A stretch of DNA of 60,933 nt, from positions 1 to 60,933 of IMG/VR virus record IMGVR_UViG_3300037114_000075; one strand, given 5' to 3'. The DNA is from a virus (Duplodnaviria > Caudoviricetes). The notes beneath the pieces were generated by a model that ran no database searches, had not been told where the DNA came from, and saw nothing but the letters and a program-made list of their open reading frames with translations. The translations under genes were made by a program, and so were the position numbers. The first letter of the stretch is position 1. Each line of letters opens with the position of its first letter. Positions 8,003 to 17,466 of the stretch are shown here, in pieces.

Positions 8003-8459
8003 GCCGGCGATCAATGTCGCGCTTGGTCGCTTCTGGGTGCGCGGCGAATTCAGGAATGGCGCGCCCGTCGAACTTGGGGCGGATATGGCGGCCAAGGTCG
8101 CAGCTTGGCTCGGTATGGTCGAGATCAGCCAGCAAACGGCGCGGGAAAAATCGGAAGATATCGCTGAGGCCTTGGCCGAGTTGTTCGAGGTTCTCCCGGC
8201 GAAGCACGGCGATCCTGTGCGGCGTGCCGAAGTCTATATCCGTGAACTTGAAGATCTTCCGGCGTGGGCGCTTCTCCACGTCATCCGCGGCGTGATCCGC
8301 GGCGAGATCGGGGGCTACAGCTTCGTGCCGCTGATTTCGCAGCTCCGCGACCACGTCAAGCGCGCGGTTGAGGGGAGCGAGTGCTGGTGCGAGAAGGCGC
8401 GGCGGGCCTTGGAATGCGAGCGCCGGCTGAGACTCGCGGCCTCTAGCGAGCGCGCATGA
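7932..8459 (+). CDS. Hypothetical protein, possible helicase loader
   Basis: Position after the initiator; Y..ELEDLPAWAL..FVP pattern. Confidence 0.55.
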   Translation: MGSKEISSRVNLSAQVASPGTDIEPAINVALGRFWVRGEFRNGAPVELGADMAAKVAAWLGMVEISQQTAREKSEDIAEALAELFEVLPAKHGDPVRRAEVYIRELEDLPAWALLHVIRGVIRGEIGGYSFVPLISQLRDHVKRAVEGSECWCEKARRALECERRLRLAASSERA

Positions 8460-9136
8460 CCAAGCGGCGCAGGAAGGCGGAGGGGGCGCCAGTTCTGCTC
8501 GGGCCATTCGCGGCAGGCGTGGTGACTAGGACCAGCTTCGTCGGCAATGCTCAGGCTTTCGTCCGATCTGGGCTCGGAGCCTATTCGACGATCCGCAACG
8601 CCGCGGGATCGGCTGCATCCGGGAAACCGGAGACACCGGAGAGATGGGTGGCCTGGATGGCTTTTCTCGGCGTGATCGACGACCAAAAGGCGCTGGCCTT
8701 CGCCTCTGGCTGCGGGGAATACAGCGTCCCGGCGATTTGGCCGTGGGAGTTCTCGCTCGACGCCGGGCCGATCGAGGGACGGCTGCACGGCCTCCTGGCG
8801 GCCTATGAACGCCATATGTCCGAGGAATTCAAGGGGCGCGCGCCGGAGGCGAAACTGCGGACCGCCGCCGTGACAAAGGATTGGAAGAAAATTCGGGCTG
8901 AGCAGGCCGAGCAGGAGCGCGCGGCCGAGGAAGAGCGGCTGAAGGCATTGGGCGAACAGCGGAAGAAACAGGACGAGATTTTTCGAATTCGAACCTTCGA
9001 AGATCAGGGCGTCGAAGCGCCCGAACTCAAGCCGGGCCAGATCGGCATGACGCTAACCCTGATGCTGACGCTGGGCTGGGAGATCATCGGCCTTCCCGAT
9101 GGCCGGAGAGTGATGGCGCGAAAGGTAAGCGCGTGA
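8456..9136 (+). CDS. Hypothetical protein
   Basis: Coupled by overlapping start/stop codons. Confidence 0.7.
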   Translation: MTKRRRKAEGAPVLLGPFAAGVVTRTSFVGNAQAFVRSGLGAYSTIRNAAGSAASGKPETPERWVAWMAFLGVIDDQKALAFASGCGEYSVPAIWPWEFSLDAGPIEGRLHGLLAAYERHMSEEFKGRAPEAKLRTAAVTKDWKKIRAEQAEQERAAEEERLKALGEQRKKQDEIFRIRTFEDQGVEAPELKPGQIGMTLTLMLTLGWEIIGLPDGRRVMARKVSA

Positions 9137-10557
9137 TGCCCGTGAAAAGACCGGCGACCAGAGTTCCCGCGGCGATGCGCGATGCGGTCGATCCGTTTTC
9201 CGTCCCCGGCGCGGACCAGAAGATGATCTCGGGCCGCGCTCCGCTGAAGCGCTTCAAGCCATATCCGCTCAACGCTAGAAGTCACCCAGCCGCCGAGATC
9301 GCCCTTCTTGCCGATCTCATCCGCAAGCACGGCTCCGATCAGCCCATCGTCGTCGATGAGAACTGGATCATCATCAAGGGCCACGGGCGCCTTCAGGCTG
9401 CGGCCGCCGCGGGGTTGCTGGACTTTCCCTTCGTTCAAAGGTTCGGACTTTCCGAAGTCGACAAGCGCGCGATGCGGATTCAGGACAACCAAGTTGCTCT
9501 TTTGGCGGGCTGGTCCGACGATCTGATCAAGCAGGAATTATTCAGTCTGAAGGCCGAGGGCTATGACGTTGAACTCCTCGGATTCCCGGAAATCGAGCTT
9601 CGCGGATTCGGGGTTCTCGCTGGGACAGAAGGCACGGTCGATTCGGAAGCTGCACCGGAGCCGCCCGCCGATCCAGTAAGCGTGCTGGGCGATGTTTGGC
9701 TGCTCGGCGAGCATCGGCTGCTCTGCGGTGATGCGACGAAGGCCGATGACGTCCAGCGCTGTCTCGCCGGCGCGAAGCCGCATCTGATGGTGACCGATCC
9801 GCCTTATGGCGTGGAATATGATGCAAACTGGCGCAACGAAGCCGCGAAGAAAGGTTCAATTGGATATGGCGCGAGCGCCATATCGGCCGTGCATAACGAC
9901 GACCGAACAGACTGGACTGAGGCGTGGAAACTGTTTTCAGGAAGCGTCGTCTACTGCTGGCATGCCGACCGGCATGCCAGCGTCGTCCAAGCTTCCTTAG
10001 AGGCCGCTGGGTTTGAAATTGTCTGCCAGATAATCTGGGCAAAGCCGCGCTTCGTCATAAGCCGCGGAGATTATCATTGGCGCCACGAGCCTTGCTGGTA
10101 CGCGGTCCGAAAGGGGCGAAAGCATTTCTGGAGTGGCGACCGTTCGCAGACAACCCTCTGGGAGATTCCCCACGCTAAATCCGAAACCGGCCATTCCACG
10201 CAAAAACCGATCGAGTGCATGAAGCGCCCGATCGAAAACAACTCGAAGCCAGGCGATGCCGTCTATGATCCATTCGTCGGCTCCGGCACGACCATTATTG
10301 CGGCGGAGATGACCCGGCGCGCCTGCCGCGCGATCGAGATCAGCCCAGCCTATGTCGATGTCGCAGTGCAACGGTGGCAGAATTTCGCCAAGCAATCGGC
10401 CATCCTCGAAAAAACCTGCCGTAGCTTCGCAGAAACGGGCGCCGAGCGGCTTCCCGAGGCTGGCCCTAAGGATGGCCCGTGGAACGAGATGTGGAAGCGT
10501 CCGCTTTCCCCAAGCCAGCGAAAGGCACTTCAGAGAGGAAAGGGCAGGACGCCATGA
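9133..10557 (+). CDS. ParB/Srx N-terminal domain fused to a DNA amino-methyltransferase
   Basis: PIVVD..IIKGHGRL; TDPPY; HSTQKP; DPFVGSGTT. Confidence 0.92.
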   Translation: MMPVKRPATRVPAAMRDAVDPFSVPGADQKMISGRAPLKRFKPYPLNARSHPAAEIALLADLIRKHGSDQPIVVDENWIIIKGHGRLQAAAAAGLLDFPFVQRFGLSEVDKRAMRIQDNQVALLAGWSDDLIKQELFSLKAEGYDVELLGFPEIELRGFGVLAGTEGTVDSEAAPEPPADPVSVLGDVWLLGEHRLLCGDATKADDVQRCLAGAKPHLMVTDPPYGVEYDANWRNEAAKKGSIGYGASAISAVHNDDRTDWTEAWKLFSGSVVYCWHADRHASVVQASLEAAGFEIVCQIIWAKPRFVISRGDYHWRHEPCWYAVRKGRKHFWSGDRSQTTLWEIPHAKSETGHSTQKPIECMKRPIENNSKPGDAVYDPFVGSGTTIIAAEMTRRACRAIEISPAYVDVAVQRWQNFAKQSAILEKTCRSFAETGAERLPEAGPKDGPWNEMWKRPLSPSQRKALQRGKGRTP

Positions 10558-10781
10558 CCGCCGCAGAATGGTGCGTTTTAAGGCTGATCTTTGACTACGG
10601 GGCTTTGACCAAGGAAACCCTGAGAAAGCGGTCGATTTTCACCGAATCGCTCGTCGAAGATTTGATCCGAGGATGCGAGCGCGACGGGACCATCGGTGAA
10701 GGCGCCACTGATCTTCTTTACCTCACCGAAAAAGGCCGCATTGCTGCCAAGGACTTCTATTACGGCCCCCCTAGAAAATAG
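10554..10781 (+). CDS. Small winged-helix-like protein
   Basis: ATGA overlap; LYLTEKGR wing motif. Confidence 0.55.
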   Translation: MTAAEWCVLRLIFDYGALTKETLRKRSIFTESLVEDLIRGCERDGTIGEGATDLLYLTEKGRIAAKDFYYGPPRK

Positions 10782-10786
10782 CTTGC

Positions 10787-11416
10787 ATGCGGGGACAAAA
10801 ATCCCTAAAGCTTCGCGGAGCGATCCAGAAACCCAAAATTGAAATCGCCATGGACTTCATAAAACATTGCGGATCTTGCACGGCCTGCTGCCGCCTCCTT
10901 CCCGTCAAAGAGCTGTTGAAGCCCGCTCTGAAAAAATGCCAATATCAGAGCACTTTCAAGGGATGCCGCATTTACGAGACGCGGCCGAACTCATGCCGCG
11001 CTTGGTCTTGCGTCTGGCTTCTTGATTCATCGGCGCCGTTCCGGCGTCCTGATCGTGTTGGCTATGTCGTCGATCCGATTCCTGACATCATTGTCCTCGG
11101 CGAGGACGCTGTTAACGGTCGGCGGCTTTCGGCGGTTCAAGTCTGGGTCGATCCGAATCGTCCCGATGCGCATCGCGATCCAGATCTCCGCGCTTGGTTC
11201 GCTGCGCGGGCGACAAACCCCGAGTCGGCAATCATCGTGCGGTCCGATCAGAGGCATTCGATCGTCGTCGTCCCGCCTTGGCTTTCGGAAAACGGGAAAT
11301 GGATTGAGATCGAGAGCCGGGTGATGCCGGCCGAGGCGATCCGTCGCCTTCGCAGCGAGATGTGGAAGCAAGCGGCGGATGCCGCTCTGGCGAAGAAGGA
11401 ATCGAAAGATGAATGA
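10787..11416 (+). CDS. YkgJ-like cysteine-cluster protein (start may be 10850)
   Basis: CGSCTACC..C..GCRIYETRPNSCR. Confidence 0.8.
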   Translation: MRGQKSLKLRGAIQKPKIEIAMDFIKHCGSCTACCRLLPVKELLKPALKKCQYQSTFKGCRIYETRPNSCRAWSCVWLLDSSAPFRRPDRVGYVVDPIPDIIVLGEDAVNGRRLSAVQVWVDPNRPDAHRDPDLRAWFAARATNPESAIIVRSDQRHSIVVVPPWLSENGKWIEIESRVMPAEAIRRLRSEMWKQAADAALAKKESKDE

Positions 11417-11627
11417 AATAAAAGTCGGACCTGTTATGGTCGAGGGACGCCCATCCGATGCCGAGTTGGCGAAATTATACCGCGAGCGGCTGAGTGTCGC
11501 GTTGCCAGCGATATGCGATCTCTTGAACGAAGCGCTAGCGCAAGGCCTTCGCATCGACTTCCAGATTGCCCGCGATCAATTCGGGCGCAGCTTCATCCAG
11601 CCGATCTCGATCTACAGGCCGTTGTAG
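11409..11627 (+). CDS. Hypothetical protein
   Basis: AAGGA RBS, internal ATG. Confidence 0.6.
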   Translation: MNEIKVGPVMVEGRPSDAELAKLYRERLSVALPAICDLLNEALAQGLRIDFQIARDQFGRSFIQPISIYRPL

Positions 11628-11636
11628 GGGTGGCAA

Positions 11637-12263
11637 TTGACCTTCAATCCCTATGACATTCTGGAGGTCGAGCGCGATGCCGATACGCCGGCAATCCGCA
11701 AAGCCTATCGGAAAAAGGCGAAGGCGGCGCATCCGGATTGCGGCGGCGATCCGGGCAAATTTCATCAGGTCTCCCGCGCAGTCGCCGTTCTGACCGACCC
11801 GAAGAAGCGTGATCGCTTCGACCGCACTGGGGTGGTCGACGAGGATCCGGTCGACAGCGCGCGGGCGGCCGCCCTCGGCTTGATAGAATCGTTCATCGCC
11901 GCTGAAGTCTCATTATTTGTCCAGACCGGCATGAGCGTGGATCCGCGTCGGCGGCTCATCTTGGTCGAGTTCAAGACCAAGATGCGGAATGACATCAAGC
12001 AGATGCAGGAAACCATAGAAAAGGGTAAAGGCATTCGGAAATATACCGAAGACGTCATGCGCCGCTTTGCTACGTCGTCGCCCGAGAATTTAATCCGCAA
12101 GATGTTCGAGCGCCGCCTTCGCGCCATCGATGCGGAATGCGAGAATCTTCTGGATGCGATTGGTATCAGAGAGAAGGCCATCGAGATCGCGGCGACCTAC
12201 AGCTTCGACCGTTCGGAGCATCTCGACATGTGCCAGCCGATCATGAGAGAGCCGTCCTTATGA
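11637..12263 (+). CDS. DnaJ-domain protein
   Basis: NPYDILEV..IRKAYRK..HPD. Confidence 0.9.
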   Translation: MTFNPYDILEVERDADTPAIRKAYRKKAKAAHPDCGGDPGKFHQVSRAVAVLTDPKKRDRFDRTGVVDEDPVDSARAAALGLIESFIAAEVSLFVQTGMSVDPRRRLILVEFKTKMRNDIKQMQETIEKGKGIRKYTEDVMRRFATSSPENLIRKMFERRLRAIDAECENLLDAIGIREKAIEIAATYSFDRSEHLDMCQPIMREPSL

Positions 12264-12520
12264 TGATTTACCAAGTATTCTTCGGTTTTAAGAATGCGCA
12301 GGGGCGCCCGGTCTATTGGACGATCGAGCATCCAGCGCCGACGATCGAGGCCCTCGGCGCAGAGCTGGGCGAGAGGGGGTTCATCATCGCCGCGCGGTTG
12401 TGGACGGAAAGCGACGGCAGCGGCTCGCGAAAGATCACCGCGCGCGACAGCGTCATCATCGGATTGGCCGATCTCGGGGCAATTCAGGTGGCGGGCGTGA
12501 AGCATTGGGAGCAAGGATGA
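12260..12520 (+). CDS. Hypothetical protein
   Basis: ATGA overlaps at both ends. Confidence 0.6.
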   Translation: MMIYQVFFGFKNAQGRPVYWTIEHPAPTIEALGAELGERGFIIAARLWTESDGSGSRKITARDSVIIGLADLGAIQVAGVKHWEQG

Positions 12521-13653
12521 TGGGCGCTAAGTCGAAAATCGAATGGACGGATGCGTCATGGAATCCGATCCGCGCCCGCGATAAGGCGACAGGCAGGATC
12601 GGCTGGCATTGCGAGCATGTCAGCGAAGCCTGTCGCAATTGTTATGCCGAGGGCATGAACAAGTGGCTCGGAACTGGCCTCGAATTCAAGCCCGGGCACC
12701 GCGATAATATCGAGATCTTCCTCGACGAGGAGATGCTGCTTGCCCCGCTGCACTGGAAGCGGCCGCGCAAAATCTTCGTCTGCTCGATGACGGATCTCTT
12801 CGCCGACTTCGTGGAGGGCGAATGGATCGACAAGATGTTCGCCGTCATGGCGCTCTGCCCGCAGCACATTTTCCAGGTGCTGACGAAGCGGCCGAATCGG
12901 ATGCGAGAATATTGCAACGGCAAGCCATTACATCGCTGGATGAATGCCGCTACCGCCATCGGGCACGCATCGGCTCTCGTAGGGAGAGAAGGGAACCCCC
13001 TTCGCCACGTCTGGCTCGGCACGTCCTGCGAAGATCAGCCAACCGCCGACGAGCGAATTCCCGATCTTCTCGCTACGCTGGCGGTGGTGCGCTTCATCAG
13101 CGCAGAGCCGCTTCTCGGGCATATCTTCCTGAATTTTGTCGGCGACCTCTACGGCAAAACGATCGATGCCCTCTTTGCCGGCGTAGCCCACATCTCAGGA
13201 GATTACGGAGAACGGCGGCCGCTTCCGTCCGATCATCCCGCGCTTGATTTGGTCATAGCCGGCGGCGAGAGCGGCCTGCACGCGCGGGGCACACTCCGTT
13301 CATCGTTCCTGTCCCTTCGCGATCAATGCGACGCAGCCGGCGTCGCCTATTTCCATAAGCAGAATGGGGAGTGGATCGACGCCGACGAATGGTTCGACAT
13401 GATCCAGAGCCCTGGGAAACCGGCGCGTCCGCTCAATTTCGAAGATGCCGCGCTGCTCGCGAAGTCTTGCGGGCGCCGCTACGAGCATCAATCGGACGGC
13501 TCGACCCTGATCCGCGTCGGCAAGCACGCCGCCGGGCGCCTGCTCGACGGCATCGAGCACAACGCATTCCCGCAGGTCCTCGGCCCGCGCGCCAACCGCC
13601 CGATCTGCGAGGAGGCCGCCTCAATTCAAACCTTGAAACCCCGGAAATCATGA
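12517..13653 (+). CDS. DUF5131 / phage Gp37-Gp68 family protein
   Basis: SKIEWTDASWNP, C-x6-C-x2-CYA, SMTDLF, LTKRP, SAEPLL, GGESG. Confidence 0.9.
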   Translation: MMGAKSKIEWTDASWNPIRARDKATGRIGWHCEHVSEACRNCYAEGMNKWLGTGLEFKPGHRDNIEIFLDEEMLLAPLHWKRPRKIFVCSMTDLFADFVEGEWIDKMFAVMALCPQHIFQVLTKRPNRMREYCNGKPLHRWMNAATAIGHASALVGREGNPLRHVWLGTSCEDQPTADERIPDLLATLAVVRFISAEPLLGHIFLNFVGDLYGKTIDALFAGVAHISGDYGERRPLPSDHPALDLVIAGGESGLHARGTLRSSFLSLRDQCDAAGVAYFHKQNGEWIDADEWFDMIQSPGKPARPLNFEDAALLAKSCGRRYEHQSDGSTLIRVGKHAAGRLLDGIEHNAFPQVLGPRANRPICEEAASIQTLKPRKS

Positions 13654-13718
13654 AATCACTCCCTTGCTCGGCGTTCCCTCTTGCCCCTTTTGATTGCGAC
13701 GGGTAGTTTCGTCTCGTC

Positions 13719-14192
13719 ATGACCGAAACTGAAACCGTTAAGGCGTCCACTCGCGGCGGGTTTCGTCCCGGTGCGGGCAGGAAAAAGGGCAGCAAAAACA
13801 GGGTCATCCAAGAGCGGGAAGCCGCTATTGGATCGCAGATCGACCGCATCCGTGCGGGCGCGCGGACCGGCGAGGAGACCTTGGGGAAGCTGATGAAACT
13901 GGCCGAGGGCTGCATGGCCCTGCACCGGCCGACGCCGAAGCGCGAAATCCTAACTGGCGGGCAGAAGAATCCTGACGAAGACTGGGATCGATTCGGTCAG
14001 TGGTTCGATCGATGCGCCTATGTTTCCAAGGAGTTGGCGAAATACCAGAGCCCGACTTTCAAGGCTATAGCAGTTATGGCTCCCGCGCCGACAGAGGAAC
14101 CTCGGCCCTTCGCCGATGGCAATGTGACGCGGATCCCTGATGCCGAGGACGCGGAACGGGTTTATCTCCGGATGATCGGCGCGGCGGCGTGA
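13719..14192 (+). CDS. Probable terminase small subunit
   Basis: RGGFRPGAGRKKGSKN and ELAKYQSP motifs; upstream of terL. Confidence 0.55.
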   Translation: MTETETVKASTRGGFRPGAGRKKGSKNRVIQEREAAIGSQIDRIRAGARTGEETLGKLMKLAEGCMALHRPTPKREILTGGQKNPDEDWDRFGQWFDRCAYVSKELAKYQSPTFKAIAVMAPAPTEEPRPFADGNVTRIPDAEDAERVYLRMIGAAA

Positions 14193-14234
14193 TACAATTA
14201 AAGCTTGATACAATTAAAAATTGTATCATATCGT
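14190..14234 (+). promoter_or_regulatory. Triple TGATACAATT box array overlapping a promoter
   Basis: Direct copies at 14190 and 14206, inverted copy at 14219-14228; TTGATA-18-TATCGT. Confidence 0.65.
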
Positions 14235-14239
14235 TCGGC

Positions 14240-14551
14240 ATGAACTGGAAACCGAAATGCAAGCTCTGCGGCGGCGACTGCGGGCTGATCTGCAAGAAAT
14301 TCGCAGCTGAGGCGCCGAAGCCGAAACTCCGCGAGATCGTCGATGCCGTTCCCGCGCGGAAGATCCCGAAGCCAGGTGCGCGCGGCAACGCCTCGAAGAC
14401 TCGATCCGCAAAGCCCAAACCGGCTGCGGCGCGTGCGGGGCGCCCCAAGAAGGGGGCCGAAGGCGATACGCTCTCCGCTCAAAAGCCGTGGGAGAAGGAA
14501 GGCGTCTCCCGCGTGACGTGGTATCGGCGGCAGAAGGAATCGGCGAAATGA
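14240..14551 (+). CDS. Small basic protein with N-terminal Cys cluster and C-terminal HTH
   Basis: CKLC..C...C; KPWEKEGVSRVTWYRR. Confidence 0.7.
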   Translation: MNWKPKCKLCGGDCGLICKKFAAEAPKPKLREIVDAVPARKIPKPGARGNASKTRSAKPKPAAARAGRPKKGAEGDTLSAQKPWEKEGVSRVTWYRRQKESAK

Positions 14552-14784
14552 CTCTTTCAGAAGTCAAGGCAATGGGCCTTATTCGGCATCCCTATGAGGG
14601 AACACTATACTGCGGGCTCGGGTATGAGCGGGCGTCGAGATTGGGGCGGCAACTCTGCCGCGCCGCTGCTGAGACGGGCTGCTTCAAGCATCTCCCCGGT
14701 CATCTGGCGCCTTTGATTGTAGAGATGGAGGTCGGGCGGTGGCTGCTTTCGCCGTCTGCCTGTCGTCATGCTTCGCCGAGATAG
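14548..14784 (+). CDS. Hypothetical protein
   Basis: AAGGA RBS, ATGA overlap. Confidence 0.55.
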   Translation: MTLSEVKAMGLIRHPYEGTLYCGLGYERASRLGRQLCRAAAETGCFKHLPGHLAPLIVEMEVGRWLLSPSACRHASPR

Positions 14785-14801
14785 ACGGGGAGAATTCAGG
14801 G

Positions 14802-15143
14802 ATGATGTCCGATCATGAATATCGGCAGAAACTAATTTGGGAGGGCGGTGCGCGGCCGGAGCTGGTGGGCACTTTGATCGGCCGCGATTTGGATTGCGTC
14901 GGCAATATTTTGAGGGTTTATCGGACTTGGATATCTTTTGCCGCGCTGAGAGGATCGGCCACAGCGAGGCGGAAAAGATTTTTCCGCAGAACGTGGTTAG
15001 GCCTCTTCCGCTGGCGGGTGATTTGGACATCGCGGAACGGGGATGGTCGCGTAGTTGAGCAAGGCGTCACGGGCAGAATGATGGTCCAAATTATAAAGCC
15101 GCCCTCGAAAATCGTACCTTACTTTTCCACGTTCCATCTGTGA
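14802..15143 (+). CDS. Hypothetical protein
   Basis: GGGGAG RBS; stop overlaps the terL start. Confidence 0.45.
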   Translation: MMSDHEYRQKLIWEGGARPELVGTLIGRDLDCVGNILRVYRTWISFAALRGSATARRKRFFRRTWLGLFRWRVIWTSRNGDGRVVEQGVTGRMMVQIIKPPSKIVPYFSTFHL

Positions 15144-16804
15144 ACCAGATCATCCGGCCTTCCTTCGATTGGCACAATCCGGATTACACCGAAGTCTGGA
15201 AAGCCCGTGCGGCCGCGCTCGCGCGAATCCGGGCCGAGCCGCAAAACCTGCCAATTCTGAAGGCCTATTATCGCGACCACATTCCCACCTTCATCACGGA
15301 TTGGGGCGTTACGGTCGATCCGCGCAATGCGGCCCTTGGGCAGACGACATTTGCGCCCTTCGTCCTCTTTCAGAGGCAGATCGAGTGGGTCGAGTGGGTG
15401 CTTGAGCACTGGCGGGCGCGCGAGCCAGGCCTATGCGAGAAATCCCGTGACATGGGCGTTTCCTGGTGCGCCATGGCGCTGTCCTGTTCGCTGTGCATCT
15501 TCTATCGCGGGATGTCGATCGGCGTCGGATCCCGCAAGGCGGAATATGTCGATAACGTCGGCGACCTGAAGGCGCTGCTACCGCGGGCGCGGATCTTCAT
15601 GCGCTACCTCCCCGAGGAATTCCGGGCCGGCTGGGTCGAATGGCGCGACGCGCCGCAAATGCGGGTCAACTTCCCGGAAACTGGCTCGGCAATCGGCGGA
15701 GAGGGCGGGGAGGACATCGGGCGCGGCGATCGGCGCGGGATCTATTTCGTCGACGAATTCGCGCACTTCAAGAATGGCGAGCTCGTCGAGGCTTCGCTCT
15801 CGCAAACCACGGACTGCCGTATCGATATGTCCTCGGTGCGCGGCATGAACAACCCGTTCGCCCGCAAGCGCTGGGGGACCAAGGTCTCAGTTTTCGTATT
15901 CGATTGGCACGATGATCCACGAAAGGATCAGGCCTGGTATGAAAAGCAATGCGCCGAGCTTGATCCGGTTGTCGTTGCGCAGGAGATTGATCGGGACTAT
16001 TCCGCGTCGGTCGAGGGCATCGTCATTCCTGGCGCTTGGGCGCGGGCATGCGTCAACGCCTGCGAAATCATCGGTCTCGAGCCGACGGGAGCGGATCTCG
16101 CCGCCCTAGACGTCGCCGATGAAGGCAAGGACAAAAACGCTTTTTGCGGGACGCATGGCGTCGAAATAAGGTATCTCGAGGAATGGAGTGGTCGCGGCGC
16201 CGATCTCTATCAAACCGCCCAGCGGACCGTTGATCTCTGCGACGAGCACGGCTATCGCGGCTTCCGTTATGACGAGGATGGCCTTGGCGCCGGGCTGCGC
16301 GGCGATATGCGGGTCATCAACGAGTTCCGGGTCTCGCGGAAGGCCCGCGCGCATCCCGCCGAGGGCTGGCGTGGATCTGAGGCAGTGGTCGATCCGGAGG
16401 GCGTGGTCGAGGGAACGCGCGGGATCGACGGGACCGATACCGGCCGCAAGAACAAGGATTTCTTCGCCAACCGCAAGGCGCAGGGCTGGTGGTCGCTGCG
16501 CCGGCGGGCGCAGAAGACCTATCGGTGGATCGTCGAGGGCGTAAAATGCAATCCAGACGAGATCCTGTCGATTTCATCGAAGGCGCCGAATTGCTGGAAA
16601 GCAGTGGCGGAATTGAGCCAATCGACCTATAAATTCAATGAGGCCGGCAAGATGATCATCAACAAAAAGCCGGATGGCCAGCCGTCGCCGAATCTGGCCG
16701 ACTCAATCATGATGCGGTTTGCGCCAGGGGATTCAGGCTCGCTCGTGGTCGATCAAGACCTGTTGCAACGGGCGAGGATGATGCGGCCGGCGCGGAGGCA
16801 TTGA
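15140..16804 (+). CDS. terL: Terminase large subunit
   Basis: Walker A EKSRDMGVSW, Walker B YFVDE, nuclease LDVADEGKD, SPNLADS. Confidence 0.93.
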   Translation: MNQIIRPSFDWHNPDYTEVWKARAAALARIRAEPQNLPILKAYYRDHIPTFITDWGVTVDPRNAALGQTTFAPFVLFQRQIEWVEWVLEHWRAREPGLCEKSRDMGVSWCAMALSCSLCIFYRGMSIGVGSRKAEYVDNVGDLKALLPRARIFMRYLPEEFRAGWVEWRDAPQMRVNFPETGSAIGGEGGEDIGRGDRRGIYFVDEFAHFKNGELVEASLSQTTDCRIDMSSVRGMNNPFARKRWGTKVSVFVFDWHDDPRKDQAWYEKQCAELDPVVVAQEIDRDYSASVEGIVIPGAWARACVNACEIIGLEPTGADLAALDVADEGKDKNAFCGTHGVEIRYLEEWSGRGADLYQTAQRTVDLCDEHGYRGFRYDEDGLGAGLRGDMRVINEFRVSRKARAHPAEGWRGSEAVVDPEGVVEGTRGIDGTDTGRKNKDFFANRKAQGWWSLRRRAQKTYRWIVEGVKCNPDEILSISSKAPNCWKAVAELSQSTYKFNEAGKMIINKKPDGQPSPNLADSIMMRFAPGDSGSLVVDQDLLQRARMMRPARRH

Positions 16805-16840
16805 GATTGACTTCCAAGCAGAGAAGCTGGAAATTCTGAA

Positions 16841-16856
16841 TGTTTCACGTGAAACC
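16841..16856. promoter_or_regulatory. parS: Chromosomal-type parS palindrome
   Basis: TGTTTCACGTGAAACC, 15/16 match to consensus TGTTTCACGTGAAACA; intergenic. Confidence 0.8.
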
Positions 16857-16876
16857 TTGAAAATGGAGACGGAATC

Positions 16877-17173
16877 GTGAACCCCGGCGATTTGGTCGTA
16901 TGCATTAACGTTGGCGAGTTCAATGATGGGCGTGTGTGGGGGGAACCGCGACCGGAGCTGGAACTTGGTCGCCTATACTCGATACGCGACGCGTTTGTTT
17001 GCCCTATGTTCGGTCATTGGGTTGTCCGGCTTCATGAGATACGGCGCGATTGCGTGTATGGAACGGATTGGCCCTTCGCCGCTGAGCGCTTCCGTCCCGT
17101 TCGTCCGACCTCCATCGAATGTTTCCGTGAGCTGCTCGAAACGGCTCCGAAAGAATTGGAGCCGGCGCCATAA
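16877..17173 (+). CDS. Hypothetical phage protein
   Basis: GGAG RBS; PGDLVVCI...AERFRP pattern. Confidence 0.75.
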   Translation: MNPGDLVVCINVGEFNDGRVWGEPRPELELGRLYSIRDAFVCPMFGHWVVRLHEIRRDCVYGTDWPFAAERFRPVRPTSIECFRELLETAPKELEPAP

Positions 17174-17409
17174 ATATCGGGAAGCGGTTCACAGTCGGGA
17201 TCTGCCGGGACTGCGGCGAGCCGTTCGCCTTTCGCCGAGGCTTGCGCGGGGCGCCCCGAAAGCGGTGCGATCCATGCCTTGCCACTGAGAAGAAGGCCAG
17301 TGAGCACAACTGGTACATCTACAAGCGAAAGCCGCAACGTGCGGCGCTGCGGGCCATGCGGAAGCAGAAAACTTACTGGAAAAGAGAATGGGGGAGCGCG
17401 GAACCTTGA
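17170..17409 (+). CDS. 79-aa zinc-ribbon protein with apparent ATA start (absent from ORF track)
   Basis: CRDC...CDPC; ATAA overlap with the upstream stop; GGAG 8 nt upstream. Confidence 0.55.
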   Translation: MNIGKRFTVGICRDCGEPFAFRRGLRGAPRKRCDPCLATEKKASEHNWYIYKRKPQRAALRAMRKQKTYWKREWGSAEP

Positions 17410-17466
17410 GCCGATAGTCTCGTCGCCCATAGACGGCTCGTGGTCGATACGCTTTTTATAATGTCT

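Noticed and set aside
9133-9600. Phage ParB as the binder of the parS site
   Set aside because: Only the ParB/Srx N-terminal domain is present, fused to a methyltransferase, with no evident parS-binding HTH
14198-14217. CtrA box
   Set aside because: The TTAA half-sites are 12 nt apart, not 7
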